From an uncultured Verrucomicrobiae bacterium (GTDB lineage: Bacteria > Verrucomicrobiota > Verrucomicrobiia > Limisphaerales > Palsa-1400), in the NCBI GenBank assembly GCA_963702845.1, contig OY969763.1, positions 5,376,001 through 5,440,000 on the forward strand: a stretch of DNA of 64,000 nucleotides. The letters run 5' to 3'. Below, piece by piece: positions 1 to 12,567 of this stretch. Below the pieces are notes generated by a model. That model worked only from the letters and a program-made list of their open reading frames with translations. It did not search any database and was not told the origin of the DNA. The translations under genes were made by a program, and so were the position numbers. Position 1 is the stretch's first letter, and each line of letters opens with the position of its first letter.

Positions 1-72
1 GGCGGATTGCAAGTGCAGGAGTGGGCCAATAACCGGTTGAAACGGGTGCCACGTTTGCAGACACTAGCGTCG

Positions 73-2669
73 ATGAAAGCCATTCTGAGGACTTTGCTCA
101 TGGCCGTACTATTGGCGACCCGGGCCAGTGCGGGTGAACCAATTCGAGTTGATTTGGACTATTTTCCTTCGCGTTTGCACGCGTTTGTTTTCCGCAATTG
201 GGACATCGTGCCGGTAGAACGAATTGCGAAAGGGTTGGGAACAGATGCGCGGACAGTGGGCAAAGTTGCCAAGGCGATGGGCCTGCAAAGTCCGGAGCGT
301 ATCACCGCCGAAATGCAGCGGCGAAATGTGGAGATCATCATTCGGCGCAATTGGCCGCTGGCGCCTCGTGGGCAGATTGAACAGCTTCTTGGGTATTCGG
401 CGAAGGAGTTGGATGAATTTCTAGGGAAAGAAATTTTTTTGCGGGCGCTGTTAGCCGCGCCGCCACCCGGGCTAACGCCGCTCCAGTACGAGGAACCAAC
501 CGCTGAAATTTCAGAACGCGTGAAATGGTTTAATAAACATACCAAGCAACACCAGGCTGCCGTTGCATCCGGACCGGTTGAGCCGAGAATGTTTTTTACG
601 AACGAACTATGCCGCGCTCACGATCCGGCTGATTTCGTGCCGGGAACGAAACCAAAACCGGGTGATGCGGCCTTGAGAAGAGGGTGGACGTTGGTGATGT
701 ATGATAAAACTCCGTTTCTTGGAGAGCGCGGCTGGGGATTTTGTTGATTATTGCAAGACGGTTCAGCGGGTGAAGTTGCGGACGGTGATTGGGAAACGCG
801 TCGTTGCGGATAAGAACAGTATTATTGTTTGGCAGGACGGAAAGTTAAAGGCGCCGGGGGAATTTGCGTTGGATATCGGTTCTGACATGGTTGGAGTTCG
901 CGCGGCGGATGAGCGGGCGATGGCGCGCGGTTTGATTGAACTTGAGCGACGGATGGGCGAGCGCGGCGGTCCGTTTCTCAGTTCGTGCCACGATACGATG
1001 ACGCCGTCGTTCACGCCGCGATATGTCTCGTCGTATTTTTCGTTGCTGACGGATGTGCTCGGGCAGGACGTGGTGGATCCGTTTCCAGAAGAATACTTGA
1101 ATCGCATCGCGCATCAGGACGCGGATGGTATCTGGATTTATACGTTGCTGCAGGATTTGGTGCCGTCGCCGGTGTTTGAAGGAATGGGCGTCGGCAGCGA
1201 ACAACGTCTGGTGCACTTGCGCGAAATCGTGCGGCGTGCGGAGCGACACGGTCTGAAAGTGTATTTGTATTTCAACGAACCGCGCGCGCAGTTTTTGCCG
1301 TTTTTCGACAAATATCCGCAGGTCAAGGGTCAGCCCGAAGGCAACACGGCGGCGCTTTGCACTTCGACTGAACTGGTGCAACAACATCTGCGCGGGTCGT
1401 GCAAAAAATTGTTCGAGGAAGTGCCGGGCCTGGGCGGGATTTTTGTCATCACGGCGAGCGAGAACTTGTGCAACTGCTACTCGCATGCGCACGGCGGTGT
1501 CACGGCATGTCCCCGTTGTTCGAAACGTTCACCGAGCGACGTCATTGCCGAATCAATTCGTTGCATGGCGGAAGGGGTTTGGGCCGCAGCACCGGGCGCG
1601 CAGGTGATTGTGTGGGATTGGAGCTGGCATTCGTTGTTCGGGGAGGCGGTCCCGGGCGACATCATTAAGAAATTGCCGAAGGGCGTTGGGCTCATGGCTG
1701 ATTTCGAACGTGGCATCGCGCATCGTTCGCGGTGGTGTGCCGATGAATGTCGAAGAGTATTCGATTTCGACCATCGGTCCGTCTCCTCGCGCTAAACTGC
1801 GCGCTCAACAGGCCGCGGAAAGTGATTTGAAGTTCTTTGCGAAGGTTCAACTTTCGACGACGTGGGAATGCGGCACGGTGCCGTTTATTCCGGTGCCGAA
1901 TCTGATCGCGCGGAAAGCGATTGCGATGCGCGATATCGGCGTGCGGGGCGCGATGGAAACGTGGACGATTGGAAGTTATCCATCGCCGAACACGGAGGCG
2001 TTCGCCGTGGCGCAATGGAATCCGCAGTTCTCCGAAAAGGAGGTCTTGAGGTATGTGGCCCAGCGACGTTACGGAGTTGAAGCGGCTGACGAAGTCGCGC
2101 GCGCGTGGACAAAAATGAGCGACGCGTTTGCAGAATTTCCATTCTCCAGTTCGCCTTATGCTTCACCGTTGCAACACGGGCCTTCGATGCCGTGGTATGC
2201 AAAACAAATCCCGCGCCCGTATGGTCACGCATCTTTGTTCAATCCGAAAGATGATTGGCGCGACTGGACGCCGCCGTATTCGCAGGAATTGATGGCGAAA
2301 CTCCTCCGGGATCTGAGCGCGAAATGGGAAGAAGGGATGGCCGATTTCAAAAAAGCGATGGAACGTATGCCAAAACCGCGCCGCTCAACAGCCGAACGGG
2401 ATCTCGGAGTAGCGTGGATGGTTGATTATACATATCGCGCATACGCGAACGCTTTGCATTTTTACGGAGCGCGCGACGGCGGCGATCACGCGACGATGGT
2501 AAAAATTGCGACCGAAGAAATTCAGGCGACCGAAGACGCGCTGCGCCACGTGAACGGGGACTCAAGGCTCGGGTGGGAAGCGGAGTTGCAATATTTTTAC
2601 AGGCCGAATGACGTGCTGGAGCGGCTGTTGTCGCTGGATGCCGTGGCGGAGCCTCTGCCGGGCCTGTAA
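73..2669 (+). CDS. Large secreted putative glycoside hydrolase-like protein, split by two frameshifts (ORFs 7-747, 701-1795, 1608-2669)
   Basis: Signal peptide MKAILRTLLMAVLLATRASAG. GH20/GH67-like N-terminal domain 2 segment (GEFALDIGSDMVGVRAADERAMARGL). Barrel-like region with HGLKVYLYFNEP and CNCYSH..CPRC. The three ORFs overlap and read as one protein. Confidence 0.5.
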
Positions 2670-2820
2670 GGGCTTTCATTACGATTTGTAAGGTTTTTGA
2701 ATTGCTATAGCGGGGCATGTCGTCCAAAATAGGCGCGCATCATTTCTCTCGTAGTCCAGACGACCAGTGGTGCGAGGCTGTCTGTAGGGGAAATCATTAC
2801 AAAGCTAAGATTGAAAAGAT

Positions 2821-4063
2821 ATGTCAGATGAAATGAAGTCGCCGACGGTTGAGACGACTGAACCGGTCATTCATAATACGGCCCCGCGCTGGAGATGGAG
2901 AATTGGCGCGGCGGCAGCGATGTGCGTCATCGCATATTGGATCGTCCATGCGCGCGGGACACATGCTTCATCCACCAGCGAAGCGACGGACACAACTGTG
3001 CCGGTTGCGGCGGTGAAGGTTGAGCGACATGATTTGTCGTTGCAGCAGAGTTTCGAAGCGGAGTTTCGGCCTTACCAGGAGGTGGAGATTGTATTCGAAA
3101 GTGTCCGGTTTCCTGCAAAATATCAGCGTCGATGTCGGCGATCGTGTTCAAGCAGGACAGGTGATTGCGAACATTGAAGTGCCCGAATTGAAGGACGATC
3201 TGGCGCATGCAGTTGCCGTCCAGCAACGCAGCGAGGCGGACGTGAAGCGCGCGGAATTCGACCATGAAGACACGCATCTGTCATTTACCCGGACGTTGTC
3301 GGCGGACAAGGAGCAACCAAATTTGATCGCGCAGCAGGATATTGATCGCGTTCGCGCGAAGGACGAAGAGGCTGACGCGGCGTTTGTTAGCAGCGCGCGA
3401 CCAGGTAGCGGTTGCGGTTGCCGACGTGAAGAAGCTTAATACGATGCTGAGCTTCTGCAAGATCACCGCGCCGTTCGGCGGTGTGATTACGAAACGGTCG
3501 ATCGATCCGGGCGCGTTGGTTCACGGGACGTCTTCGACCAGCCCGCTTGTGCGTTTGTCGCAAAACGACAAGTTGCGTTTGAATATTTCCTGTCTCGGTG
3601 TCTTACGTGCCGATCATCAAAGAGGGAGATCGCGATTCAAATCTATATTGGTTCGTTCAAACCAATTTCACCGGGAACGATTTCGCGATTCACACGCAAG
3701 ATCGACACCGCCACCCGCACGATGGAGGTCGAAGCGGACGTGACGAATGCCGATCTGAATCTTGTGCCAGGAATGTATGCGGCGGTCAAAGTTACGACAG
3801 AGCGGCACAATCAGGCGTTGGCGCTGCCGATTGAGGCCGTTTCGCGCCAGAAATCGTCAACGGTGTTTTTGGTCAACAAGCAAAGGCGAAATCGAAGAAC
3901 GCACGGTCACCACTGGATTGGAAACTGCCCACGTGAAGTGGAGATCGTTGAGCGGATTGAGCGAAGGAGACACGGTGATGATTGGCAGTCGTTCGCAGGT
4001 TCGCGTCGGGTCAAAAAGTACTCGCCCAAGTTGCTTGTCGCGAGCGCCAGCAACAACCAGTAA
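2821..4063 (+). CDS. RND efflux periplasmic adaptor subunit (several frameshifts)
   Basis: N-terminal TM helix. Motifs SKVSGFLQNISVDVGDRVQAGQ, ITAPFGGVITKR and MEVEADVTNADLNLVPGMYA are spread over consecutive frames. Confidence 0.9.
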
Positions 4064-4070
4064 TCGGCTT

Positions 4071-4752
4071 ATGGCAACTCCCCTTACTGCCGAACAACTG
4101 CAAGCTTTGCGCAGTTTAAGCACCTGCGCGGTGGCCAATGCTATCGAGACTTTGAAACCCGTTTGCGCAACGAAGGGTTTTCCGGGGCTGGAATTCGGGC
4201 CGATGTTCCCACAGCAAAAGCCGGTGGTCGGTTATGCCGTGACGGTGAAGATCCGATCTTCGTCGCCTCCGCCGGAAGGCCACAATTATTTGGAACACAC
4301 CGAGTGGTGGAATCAGAATTTGAAGAGCTCCCGCGCCGCGTATGGTTGTGATCGAGGATGTTGATCCGCAAGTCGGCCTCGGTGCATTGGTGGGTGAGGT
4401 GCATGCGAATATTTTGAAGAGCTTTGGGTTGCGTCGGAGTGGTGACAAATGGAGCGGTGCGCGATTTGCCTGCGCTTTGGAGGCTGCTGGGTTTGCGGCG
4501 TTTGCCGGCGGAATTTCGGTGTCGCACGCCTATGCGCATATGGTTGAGATAGGCATGCCAGTCGAGATCGCCGGTTTGAAAATCGAAACGGGAGATTTGT
4601 TGCACGCGGATTGTCACGGAGTGATTTCGATTCCGACAAAAATCGCAGCCGAAGTGCCAGCGGTTGCCGTGCGAATGATCGCGCGCGAAAAGGAAGTTAA
4701 TTCTTTGTGCAAACCCGACGGTGAACGTAGAGGAATTGCGTTCGGCAATTAG
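4071..4752 (+). CDS. RraA/HMG-aldolase family protein (frameshifted)
   Basis: STCAVANAIE, VVGYAVTVKI, ALVGEVHANIL and GDLLHADCHGVISIP motifs. Confidence 0.85.
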
Positions 4753-4782
4753 AAAATTTCGCAGCGCTCCTGTTTAGAACTT

Positions 4783-7700
4783 ATGTCCCGTTTTTCGCTT
4801 CGCTATCCATATTTTATCATCGTTTGCTGCCTGGTGGTGTGCGTCGTTGGCATCACGAGCCTCGTGCGCATGCCGGTGGATTTGTTTCCGACGATTCGCA
4901 TTCCAGTTGTTGTCGTCGCGACGTTTTATTCGGGCATGCCGCCGGAACAGATCGAGAACGGATATCACCGGGCGGTTTGAGCGGTTTTTCACGTTGGGCA
5001 GCGGCATCGATCACATCGAGTCACGTTCGTTGCCGGGTGTGAGTTTGATCAAGGTGTATTTCCAGCCGGGCGTGAATGCGGATTCGGCGGTGACGACGAT
5101 TGCGAATTTGGCGGCGGCGAATTTGCGAAGTTTGCCGCCGGGAACATTGCCGCCGGTTGTGTTGAAATTTGATGCGTCGAGTTTGCCGGTTTGCTTGATC
5201 ACCTTGAAAGGCGAGGGGATGAAGGAAGCGGAGTTGCGCGATCACGGCCAATACACCGTGCGTAATCAGGTGGCGAACGTGCCGGGCGCGTCGGTGCCGC
5301 AGCCGTTCGGTGGGCGTTATCGCCAGATCATGGTGTACGTGGATCCGCTGAAACTCGAGGCGCATCAGTTGAGCGTGATGGACGTGGTGCGCGCGGTGAA
5401 TGATTCGAACCTGATTCTGCCGGCGGGTGACGTGAAGATCGGGCCGTTTGATTACAATATTTATGCGAACAGCCAGCTTCGCGATATTGAGGACATTAAT
5501 AAGCTGCCGTTGAAGACGATTGGCGGCGCATCGGTGATGGTGGCTGATATCGGCGAAGCGAAAGACGCGTCGCAGATCCAGAACTCGAAGGTGCGCGTGG
5601 ATGGTCAGCCTTCGGTTTATTTGCCGGTGCTGAAGCAAGGCGGTGATGCGAATACGATTTCGGTGGTCAATGGAATTAAAGACGCGGTGGCAAATCTCGT
5701 CGATATCCCGGCGAATCTGGTGACAAAGGTGGTGTTCGATCAATCGGTGTTCGTGAAGAACGCGATTGAAAATCTGATTCATGAAGGCGCAATTGGATTG
5801 ATTCTGACCGGGATTGATGATTTTGGTGTTCCTCGGTAGCGCGCGCGCGACGTTGGCGGTGTTTCTTTCGATTCCATTTCAGCGCTGGCGACGTTCATCG
5901 CGCTTTCGTTCGGGGATAATTCGATCAACTCGATGATTCTTGGTGGGCTGGCGTTGGCGTTTTCGCGGTTGATCGATAACTCGGTCGTGGTGTTGGAAAA
6001 TATTTTCCGGCACCTGGAAATGGGTGAGTCGCCGGAAGTCGCCGCGGAGAAGGGCGGCAAGGAAGTGGCGTTGCCGGTGATTGTCGGCGACGTTGACGGC
6101 GGCGATTGTGTTTTTCCCGGTCATGTTTCTTTATGGTGTGAGCCGGTTTTTATTCACGGCGTTGGCGCTGGCGGTCATCATTTCGTTGTTCGCATCGTAT
6201 TTCGTGGCGATGACGGTGGTGCCGCTTGTTCTGCGCGAAATTTATCAAGAGCGGCGCATGGCGAACATGGAGCGGCGCATGAAGGCCGAAGAATTTCGGC
6301 GCGAAAGTTCAACATGTGGTTCAACACGCAGTTTCATCGCATGCTCGATAAATATGGCGGTTATTTGAAGCTGTCGTTGTTGCGGCCGGCGGCGACGGTC
6401 ATTGGCATTCTTGGAGTTTTTGTTCTCAGCTTTGGCCTCGCGCCTTTTGTCGGCGTTTCCTACTTCCCGAAAACTGACCCGGGTCAATTCGTCATCAATG
6501 TCAAAGCGCCCACAGGCACGCGTCTGGAGAATACCGAAGAATATGTGAAGAAGATCGAGCAGATCATTCGCGAAGAAGTTTCGCCGGACGAATTGGATGT
6601 GATTGTTTCGAACATCGGCGTGACGCCCGGGTTTTTCGTCGATGTATACGAGCAACTCGGGCCAACACACCGCAACGGTGCAGGCGAGCCTCAAGGAAAA
6701 GCATCGAAGGTCGGCAGCTATGAATATATGGCGCGGGTGCGGCGGCGGTTGCAGCAAGGAGCTTGCCGCAGGTGAACGCGTATTTTCAATCCGGCGGTTT
6801 GGCGGATGCGGTGTTGAATCTCGGTTTGCCCGCGCCGATCGACGTGCAGGTCAGCGGTTCGAACATCGAAGAGACGCACAAAATCGCGACTGACATCGCG
6901 CAGCAGGTCCCGCCTTGCCGGGCGTCAGCGACGTGCTCGTGCCGCAGGATATGGATTATCCGGCGTTGCAGTTCGAAGTGGATCGCAAACGCGCGAGTGA
7001 GTTGGGGCTGACTTCAAAGGAAGTGGTGCATAACGTCATCACGGCGTTGGTTTCGGACCAGATGATCGCGCCGAGTTATCTGGGTGGATCCAAAGAGCGG
7101 CAATGATTACATGCTGACGGTCCAGTATCCCGAACACCTGGTGAAAAATTTGTCCGACGTGGAATCGATCCCGATCCGGTCGCAATCGAACCCCAATTCG
7201 ACGCGCCTCGACACGGTCACCACGCTCAAGCACATCCATGCGCCGACGGAGGTGGACCATTACCAACTGCGGCGCGTGATGGACGTGTATGTGTCGCCGT
7301 CTGGCGAAGACCTGGGCAGCCTCGCTGCCAGCATCGACAAAATTGTCGCGAAGACGTCGATTCCCGAAAAATGTGCGCATTAATTTGCGCGGCATGGTGC
7401 AGGGCATGCGCATTTCGTTTAAGAGTTTTGGGATGGGATTATTGCTGGCTGTGCTGCTCGTGTATCTGGTTCTCGTCGCGCAGTTCCAATCGTTTGTTGA
7501 TCCATTGATCATTCTGCTGGCGGTGCCGACTGGGTTGACCGGCGTGTTGGTGATTCTGTTTCCTGACCGGCACGACGCTGAACGTCATGTCGCTCATGGG
7601 CGTGGTGATGATGGTGGGGATTGTCACCTCGAACAGCATTCTGATTGTTGAGTTCACGCGTCGTTTGCGCGACGACGGCAAATCAGTGCGCGAAGCGGTG

Positions 7701-7931
7701 GCATTGTCGTGCCGCGTTCGTTTGCGCCCGGTGTTGATGACGTCGTTGGCAACGTTGATCGGCTTGATTCCGATGGCGATGAAACTGGGCACCGGCAGTG
7801 AAGCTTATGCGCCGCTGGCGCAAGCGATCATCGGCGGACTCGCCGTTTCCGTGGTGTTGACGGTGTTCATCGTTCCCGCAGCCTATCTGTTGGTTCACGG
7901 CAAAGAAGACACAAAGCCAGTCACAACGTAA
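4783..7931 (+). CDS. RND efflux permease, AcrB/CusA family (many frameshifts)
   Basis: MPVDLFPTIRIPVVVV, IDNSVVVLENIFRHL and RLRPVLMTSLATLIGLIPMA motifs. Confidence 0.93.
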
Positions 7932-7932
7932 C

Positions 7933-9232
7933 ATGATCCGGAGTTTCCATTTTATCTTTCCGTTTGTTCTCGCAGGTGCGTTGCTGTCAAACGCACAAGC
8001 ACAAACGGCGCGGCGTTTGACCTTGGAAGAGGCGAAGGAAATCGCGCTTAAACATCATCCGCGGATAACGGTGGCGGAGTTGCGCGCACTGGCGGCGCAA
8101 CAAGCGGCCAAAGAAGTGCGAGCTGGTTTCTTTCCGACGGCGTCGATCAATGTGACGGCAGCGGGTGCGGACGGTCCTAGCGACGCGCATTGCGGCGGGT
8201 GGCGATTGAACAATCCGACGGTGTTTGAACGCAACGCCGAGGGTATCACGATTTCGCAGTTGATCACGGATTTTGGCCGCACGTGGGACTTGTCGAAAAC
8301 CGCCAAGCTGCGCGCGCAAGCCGAACGGATGAACAGCTCAGCAGCGCGGGAGCAGATTTTGTTGGAAGTGAATGCGGCATATTTTTCCGCGCTCGAAGCG
8401 CAATCTGTTTTGCACGTCGCGGAGGAAACGGCAAAATCGCGACAGTTGTTTTTGGACCAGGTCGCGAGCCTTGCCACGAACAAGCTGAAGTCCGAACTGG
8501 ACGTTAGCTTCGCCCGAGTGGATTACGAGCAGGCGCGGTTGTTGCGGGCCAAAGCGAGCAATGATTTGCAGGCGGCGTTCGCGACGTTATCGACGCTGCT
8601 TGGCGAACGTGAGCCGCAGGTTTTTGTTTTGGTCGATCAGACCATGCCGAAGCCGATTGCGGAAGATGCGCACCAATTGCTGCAACTGGCGATGCAACAA
8701 CGGCCCGATCTTGCAGGTTTGCGTTACCAACGCGATGCCGCCAAAGAATTCGCGTTGGCGGAGCGGAAGGTCAATTACCCGACGATCAGTGCGATTGCGG
8801 TGGGCGGTCATGGTGCCGGTGGGGGACCCGCGTCTGCCAGATCGATATGCCGCCGCAGGAGTGAACTTGAACATACCGCTTTTTGCGGGCGGTTTGTATC
8901 AGGGCCGTAAAGAAGAAGCCGCGTTGCGTGCGAGAGCGGCCGACGAAACGCTGCGTGACGAGGAAAACAATATCTCGCGCCAGGTTCAAATTTCGAAACT
9001 GAACGCCGACTACGCTTACGAACGCGTTGGCTTGACGGAACAGCTTCTGAAAAATGCGCGGCAAGCGTTTGGCCTGGCGCAAACGCGTTTCAAACTGGGC
9101 TCCAGTTCGATCTTTGAATTGAGCCAGGCTGAATTGAACCGGACTTCCGCCGAAATTGCACAGGCGAACGCGAAGTACGATTACATGGTGCAACGCGCAG
9201 CGCTGGATTTTCAGATTGGAGATTTGCATTAA
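7933..9232 (+). CDS. TolC family outer membrane efflux protein (one frameshift near 8800)
   Basis: Signal peptide, LTLEEAKEIALKHHP, RFKLGSSSIFELSQAE; last gene of the RND operon. Confidence 0.9.
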
Positions 9233-9320
9233 GCGTGCGGGATTCCCTCGCAAACGAATCAGTTATTCCTAGAGGCGGAAATCGTGACAATCCGCCGTTC
9301 GCTTAGCAAAATCCGCGCGC

Positions 9321-10736
9321 TTGAACAGCGCTGCCCGAAGCATATTCATCGCACTGGCTATTTTCGTTAGCTTGTTCGCGCGCGCGCAGACGAACAGCGC
9401 TCCCACTAGTGCAGGCCTGCTCAATGGCTATCTGCGCACGAACAACCCTGCACTCTATCAATGGGATTTTGGTGGCCAGCTTCGTATTCGTGGGGAACAT
9501 AAGGAATACTTTGCCAGCCAGGGCGCGGCTGTGGACTTCGCTGCACGCGGGGATGCGAACAACACGTATTTGTTGTTGCGCGAGAAAATTCACGTCGGCT
9601 ACACGCCGGAACCGTGGCTGACCATGTTTGTCGAAGGGCGCGACAGCTCTTCCCAGCTTGATGATCGTGATCCGAATCCGGAGTCGGATTCGATGGATTT
9701 GTATCAAGGTTACGTCAGACTTGGCGGGCAACCATCATTTCCACTTTCGTTGAAAGTGGGACGGCAAGAGTTGGTTTACGGTGATGAGTTGCTGATTGGC
9801 AGGGCTGATTTTAGCAATATTCCGCGGTCTTTCGACGCGATCAAAACACGTTATGAGAGCGGGACCTTAAAAGTGGACGCATTTACTGCTCGCCGCGTCA
9901 TCGCGCGAGCAAATGCATTCAATCAAGGCAACGATCGTGAAGTTTTCTCCGGCATTTACGCTGATACGAAGGGCACTTTACCGAAGCACGATTTGCAGCT
10001 TTACGCGCTGGCGCGGAACGTCGAGTCGCGTCCTTCAAATATTACTGTTCCGCTCAACACCATTCCATCGCCCCGCGATGTTTATACCGTGGGCGGTCGC
10101 ATCGAATCATTCACGACCACGTTGCCGGGATGGGATTATAACGCGGAAGGCGCGTATCAATTCGGGCGGTTCAAAAACACACTGACGAGTCCGAGTGAAA
10201 CGCAGGATGCTTTCGCGGCGCACTTCGCGGCTGGATATACTTGGGAGAAAGCTGCGCTCACTCCACGGATTGGCGTTGAATACAATTTCGCGTCCGGCGA
10301 TGACAACCCGAACGATGGAACGCACCGCACGTTCGACAATTTATTTCCAAGCAACCATCGGCCATACGGGTTAATGGATTTTGTTTCGTGGCAAAATATC
10401 CACGACGCGTGTTTGACGACATTGATCCACCCGATTCGCAATTTGAGCATCACGAACGAAGTGCATGGGTTTTGGTTGGCTAATACCCACGATTTTTTTT
10501 ACAACGTCAGTGGCGTGGCGCGGAAAACTGGCGGATACGGCATCAAGCCGGGTGCAGGCCAATTCGTCGGCGCTGAATACGATTTTCTAGCCAGCTATAA
10601 CATCAGCACGATTGCAAATCTGCAGCTCGGCTACGGACATTTTTTCGTGGGTGAATACGTGAGGAACTCACTCGCGCCGGTGGGCGGGGCGAAAGATGCG
10701 AATTGGGTTTACGCGCAGGTGAAGTTTGAGTTCTAA
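9321..10736 (+). CDS. Alginate export (AlgE-like) family outer membrane beta-barrel
   Basis: Signal peptide, LKVGRQELVYGDELLIG, ASGDDNPNDGTHRTFDNLFPSNH, C-terminal Phe. Confidence 0.85.
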   Translation: MNSAARSIFIALAIFVSLFARAQTNSAPTSAGLLNGYLRTNNPALYQWDFGGQLRIRGEHKEYFASQGAAVDFAARGDANNTYLLLREKIHVGYTPEPWLTMFVEGRDSSSQLDDRDPNPESDSMDLYQGYVRLGGQPSFPLSLKVGRQELVYGDELLIGRADFSNIPRSFDAIKTRYESGTLKVDAFTARRVIARANAFNQGNDREVFSGIYADTKGTLPKHDLQLYALARNVESRPSNITVPLNTIPSPRDVYTVGGRIESFTTTLPGWDYNAEGAYQFGRFKNTLTSPSETQDAFAAHFAAGYTWEKAALTPRIGVEYNFASGDDNPNDGTHRTFDNLFPSNHRPYGLMDFVSWQNIHDACLTTLIHPIRNLSITNEVHGFWLANTHDFFYNVSGVARKTGGYGIKPGAGQFVGAEYDFLASYNISTIANLQLGYGHFFVGEYVRNSLAPVGGAKDANWVYAQVKFEF

Positions 10737-11548
10737 CCCTGGCCGAGTTTTTTTGATTTGTCTGAGGCTGCGCGCACGGCGCTGATTAATGTCCCCCGCA
10801 GCTTACCCTTTTCCAATTCGTGCAAACCTTCGATGGTCGTGCCGCCGGGACTGGTGACCATGTCTTTCAGCGCGCCGGGATGCATGCCTGTTTCGAGCAC
10901 CATTTTGGCGCTGCCTAAAACCGTTTGTGCGGCGAGCTTCGTGGCGATATCACGAGGCAAACCCGAGGCAACACCACCGTCGCTGAGCGCTTCGATGATC
11001 ATGTAAACGTAAGCCGGGCCGCTTCCGCTCAGACCGGTGACCGCATCGAGCAACGCTTCTTTTAGTTGAAATGCCAGGCCGACGGCGGAGAAAAGCTTTT
11101 TGCACAACTCGCCATCTGCCGCGGTTGCTGACTTGCCGAGTGCGTAAGCCGTCGCAGAAGCGCCGAGTAAGGCCGGGGTATTCGGCATCACGCGAATGAT
11201 TCTAACCTTCTCACCAACGCCTGCTTCGAATTTTGCAATCGGCACACCGGCCGCAATCGAGATAATCAAATGGCCCGGCGTGATGCTGTCGTGAATTTCG
11301 CTGAGCAACTCGGGAACATTGCCGGGTTTGACTGCGACGATTAAGACGTTGGCAAACTTCGCAACGTCCACATTTGATTTGGCGGTTTTCGCGCCGGTTT
11401 CTTTGGCGAAAGCGGCTCCGGCTTCGGGCACCGGGTCAAACGCGCGGACCTGGTTTGTTTTTACGAGACCAGCGGAGATGAAACCCTTGGCGAGCGCAGT
11501 TCCCATTTTGCCTGCGCCAAGAAAACCGATTGTGAGTGTTGCAGCCAT
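10733..11548 (-). CDS. proC: Pyrroline-5-carboxylate reductase
   Basis: GFLGAGKMG, RVMPNTP, TGLSGSGPAY and VTSPGGTT motifs. Confidence 0.98.
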   Translation of the reverse strand: MAATLTIGFLGAGKMGTALAKGFISAGLVKTNQVRAFDPVPEAGAAFAKETGAKTAKSNVDVAKFANVLIVAVKPGNVPELLSEIHDSITPGHLIISIAAGVPIAKFEAGVGEKVRIIRVMPNTPALLGASATAYALGKSATAADGELCKKLFSAVGLAFQLKEALLDAVTGLSGSGPAYVYMIIEALSDGGVASGLPRDIATKLAAQTVLGSAKMVLETGMHPGALKDMVTSPGGTTIEGLHELEKGKLRGTLISAVRAASDKSKKLGQG

Positions 11549-11592
11549 TGGCCGTTTTCTAACAGGTCAGAAGCGGCAGCGCAAAGTATTTG

Positions 11593-12447
11593 CTACGCCG
11601 TCACGCCGAGTTCGCGTTTCAACTTCGCGATGTTGTGGTCAATGCGGTTCATATACCAACTCGGACCGTCGGGATACGGATCGCTCAGAAACTGATATAG
11701 CGCGAGGAAATCGTTGCTGATCTTGGCGCGGACATACTTTTCCCAAAACATTGGCGTCTTCTGCATCAGATCTTCCACGCTGTTGAAAAATCCGCCGCCC
11801 TTCATTTTGCCGTCGCTAAACCGCGCGGCTTCAGCAAATTCCGAATACAAGACCGGCAATTTTTCGACGTAATCCTCGGCAGCCATTTGTCCGAGGAGGT
11901 CGGCTGTTCCAAGTGCGTAGCCGGTGATTCGTTCAGCGTCGCTCTCAAACGCAATCGTATCAAGCTTCACGTTGATGCCGGTGCAACGAATCATCCTCTG
12001 CACCGACGCGATATCCCGTTGCGCATAATCGTGGTCACCCATCAATATCGCCGCAAACTCGACACTGCGATCGACGTGGGTCAGCGTGTATTTCGCACCG
12101 GTGCCGTTAGTATCGCCGCGTTTCTTCAAATAGCCGGTGTCGTGGAGCAAAATGGCGAGGGTGCCTAATTCGAACATGCGTTGGTCGACGACCGGCTGCG
12201 CGTTGGCTTTGAAACGGCCGAGAAGAAGGCGCGCCATGCAGAGCGTCCCCTGGAGGGTGTGCTCGAGGTCATGGTAGCGGGCGTCGATGGGTTGGTAATC
12301 GCGATATTCGCCGGCAAAACAGGAAATGCCCCACCCGAAAGCCTTCGGCACAAATTCACGGTTTCCGTGCGGAAACATCGCGTGATAGGCCTTTTGCACC
12401 TCCGCCTGAACCGCCAACGGTAGCTTTGTGTCAATGGGCGCCAGCAT
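11593..12447 (-). CDS. HD-domain metal-dependent phosphohydrolase
   Basis: YHDLEHT, LLHDTGYLK, HVDRS and TADLLGQMA motifs. Confidence 0.85.
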   Translation of the reverse strand: MLAPIDTKLPLAVQAEVQKAYHAMFPHGNREFVPKAFGWGISCFAGEYRDYQPIDARYHDLEHTLQGTLCMARLLLGRFKANAQPVVDQRMFELGTLAILLHDTGYLKKRGDTNGTGAKYTLTHVDRSVEFAAILMGDHDYAQRDIASVQRMIRCTGINVKLDTIAFESDAERITGYALGTADLLGQMAAEDYVEKLPVLYSEFAEAARFSDGKMKGGGFFNSVEDLMQKTPMFWEKYVRAKISNDFLALYQFLSDPYPDGPSWYMNRIDHNIAKLKRELGVTA

Positions 12448-12567
12448 TCAAATATACCATGGCTTTCCGGCGAAAATTTGCACGCTTTTTTTGACAGAAA
12501 GTGGACGTATTTACCCAGAATTTTTAATCCTTAATTCCTGGCGACGGACATGCCATAGTGATTCCGA

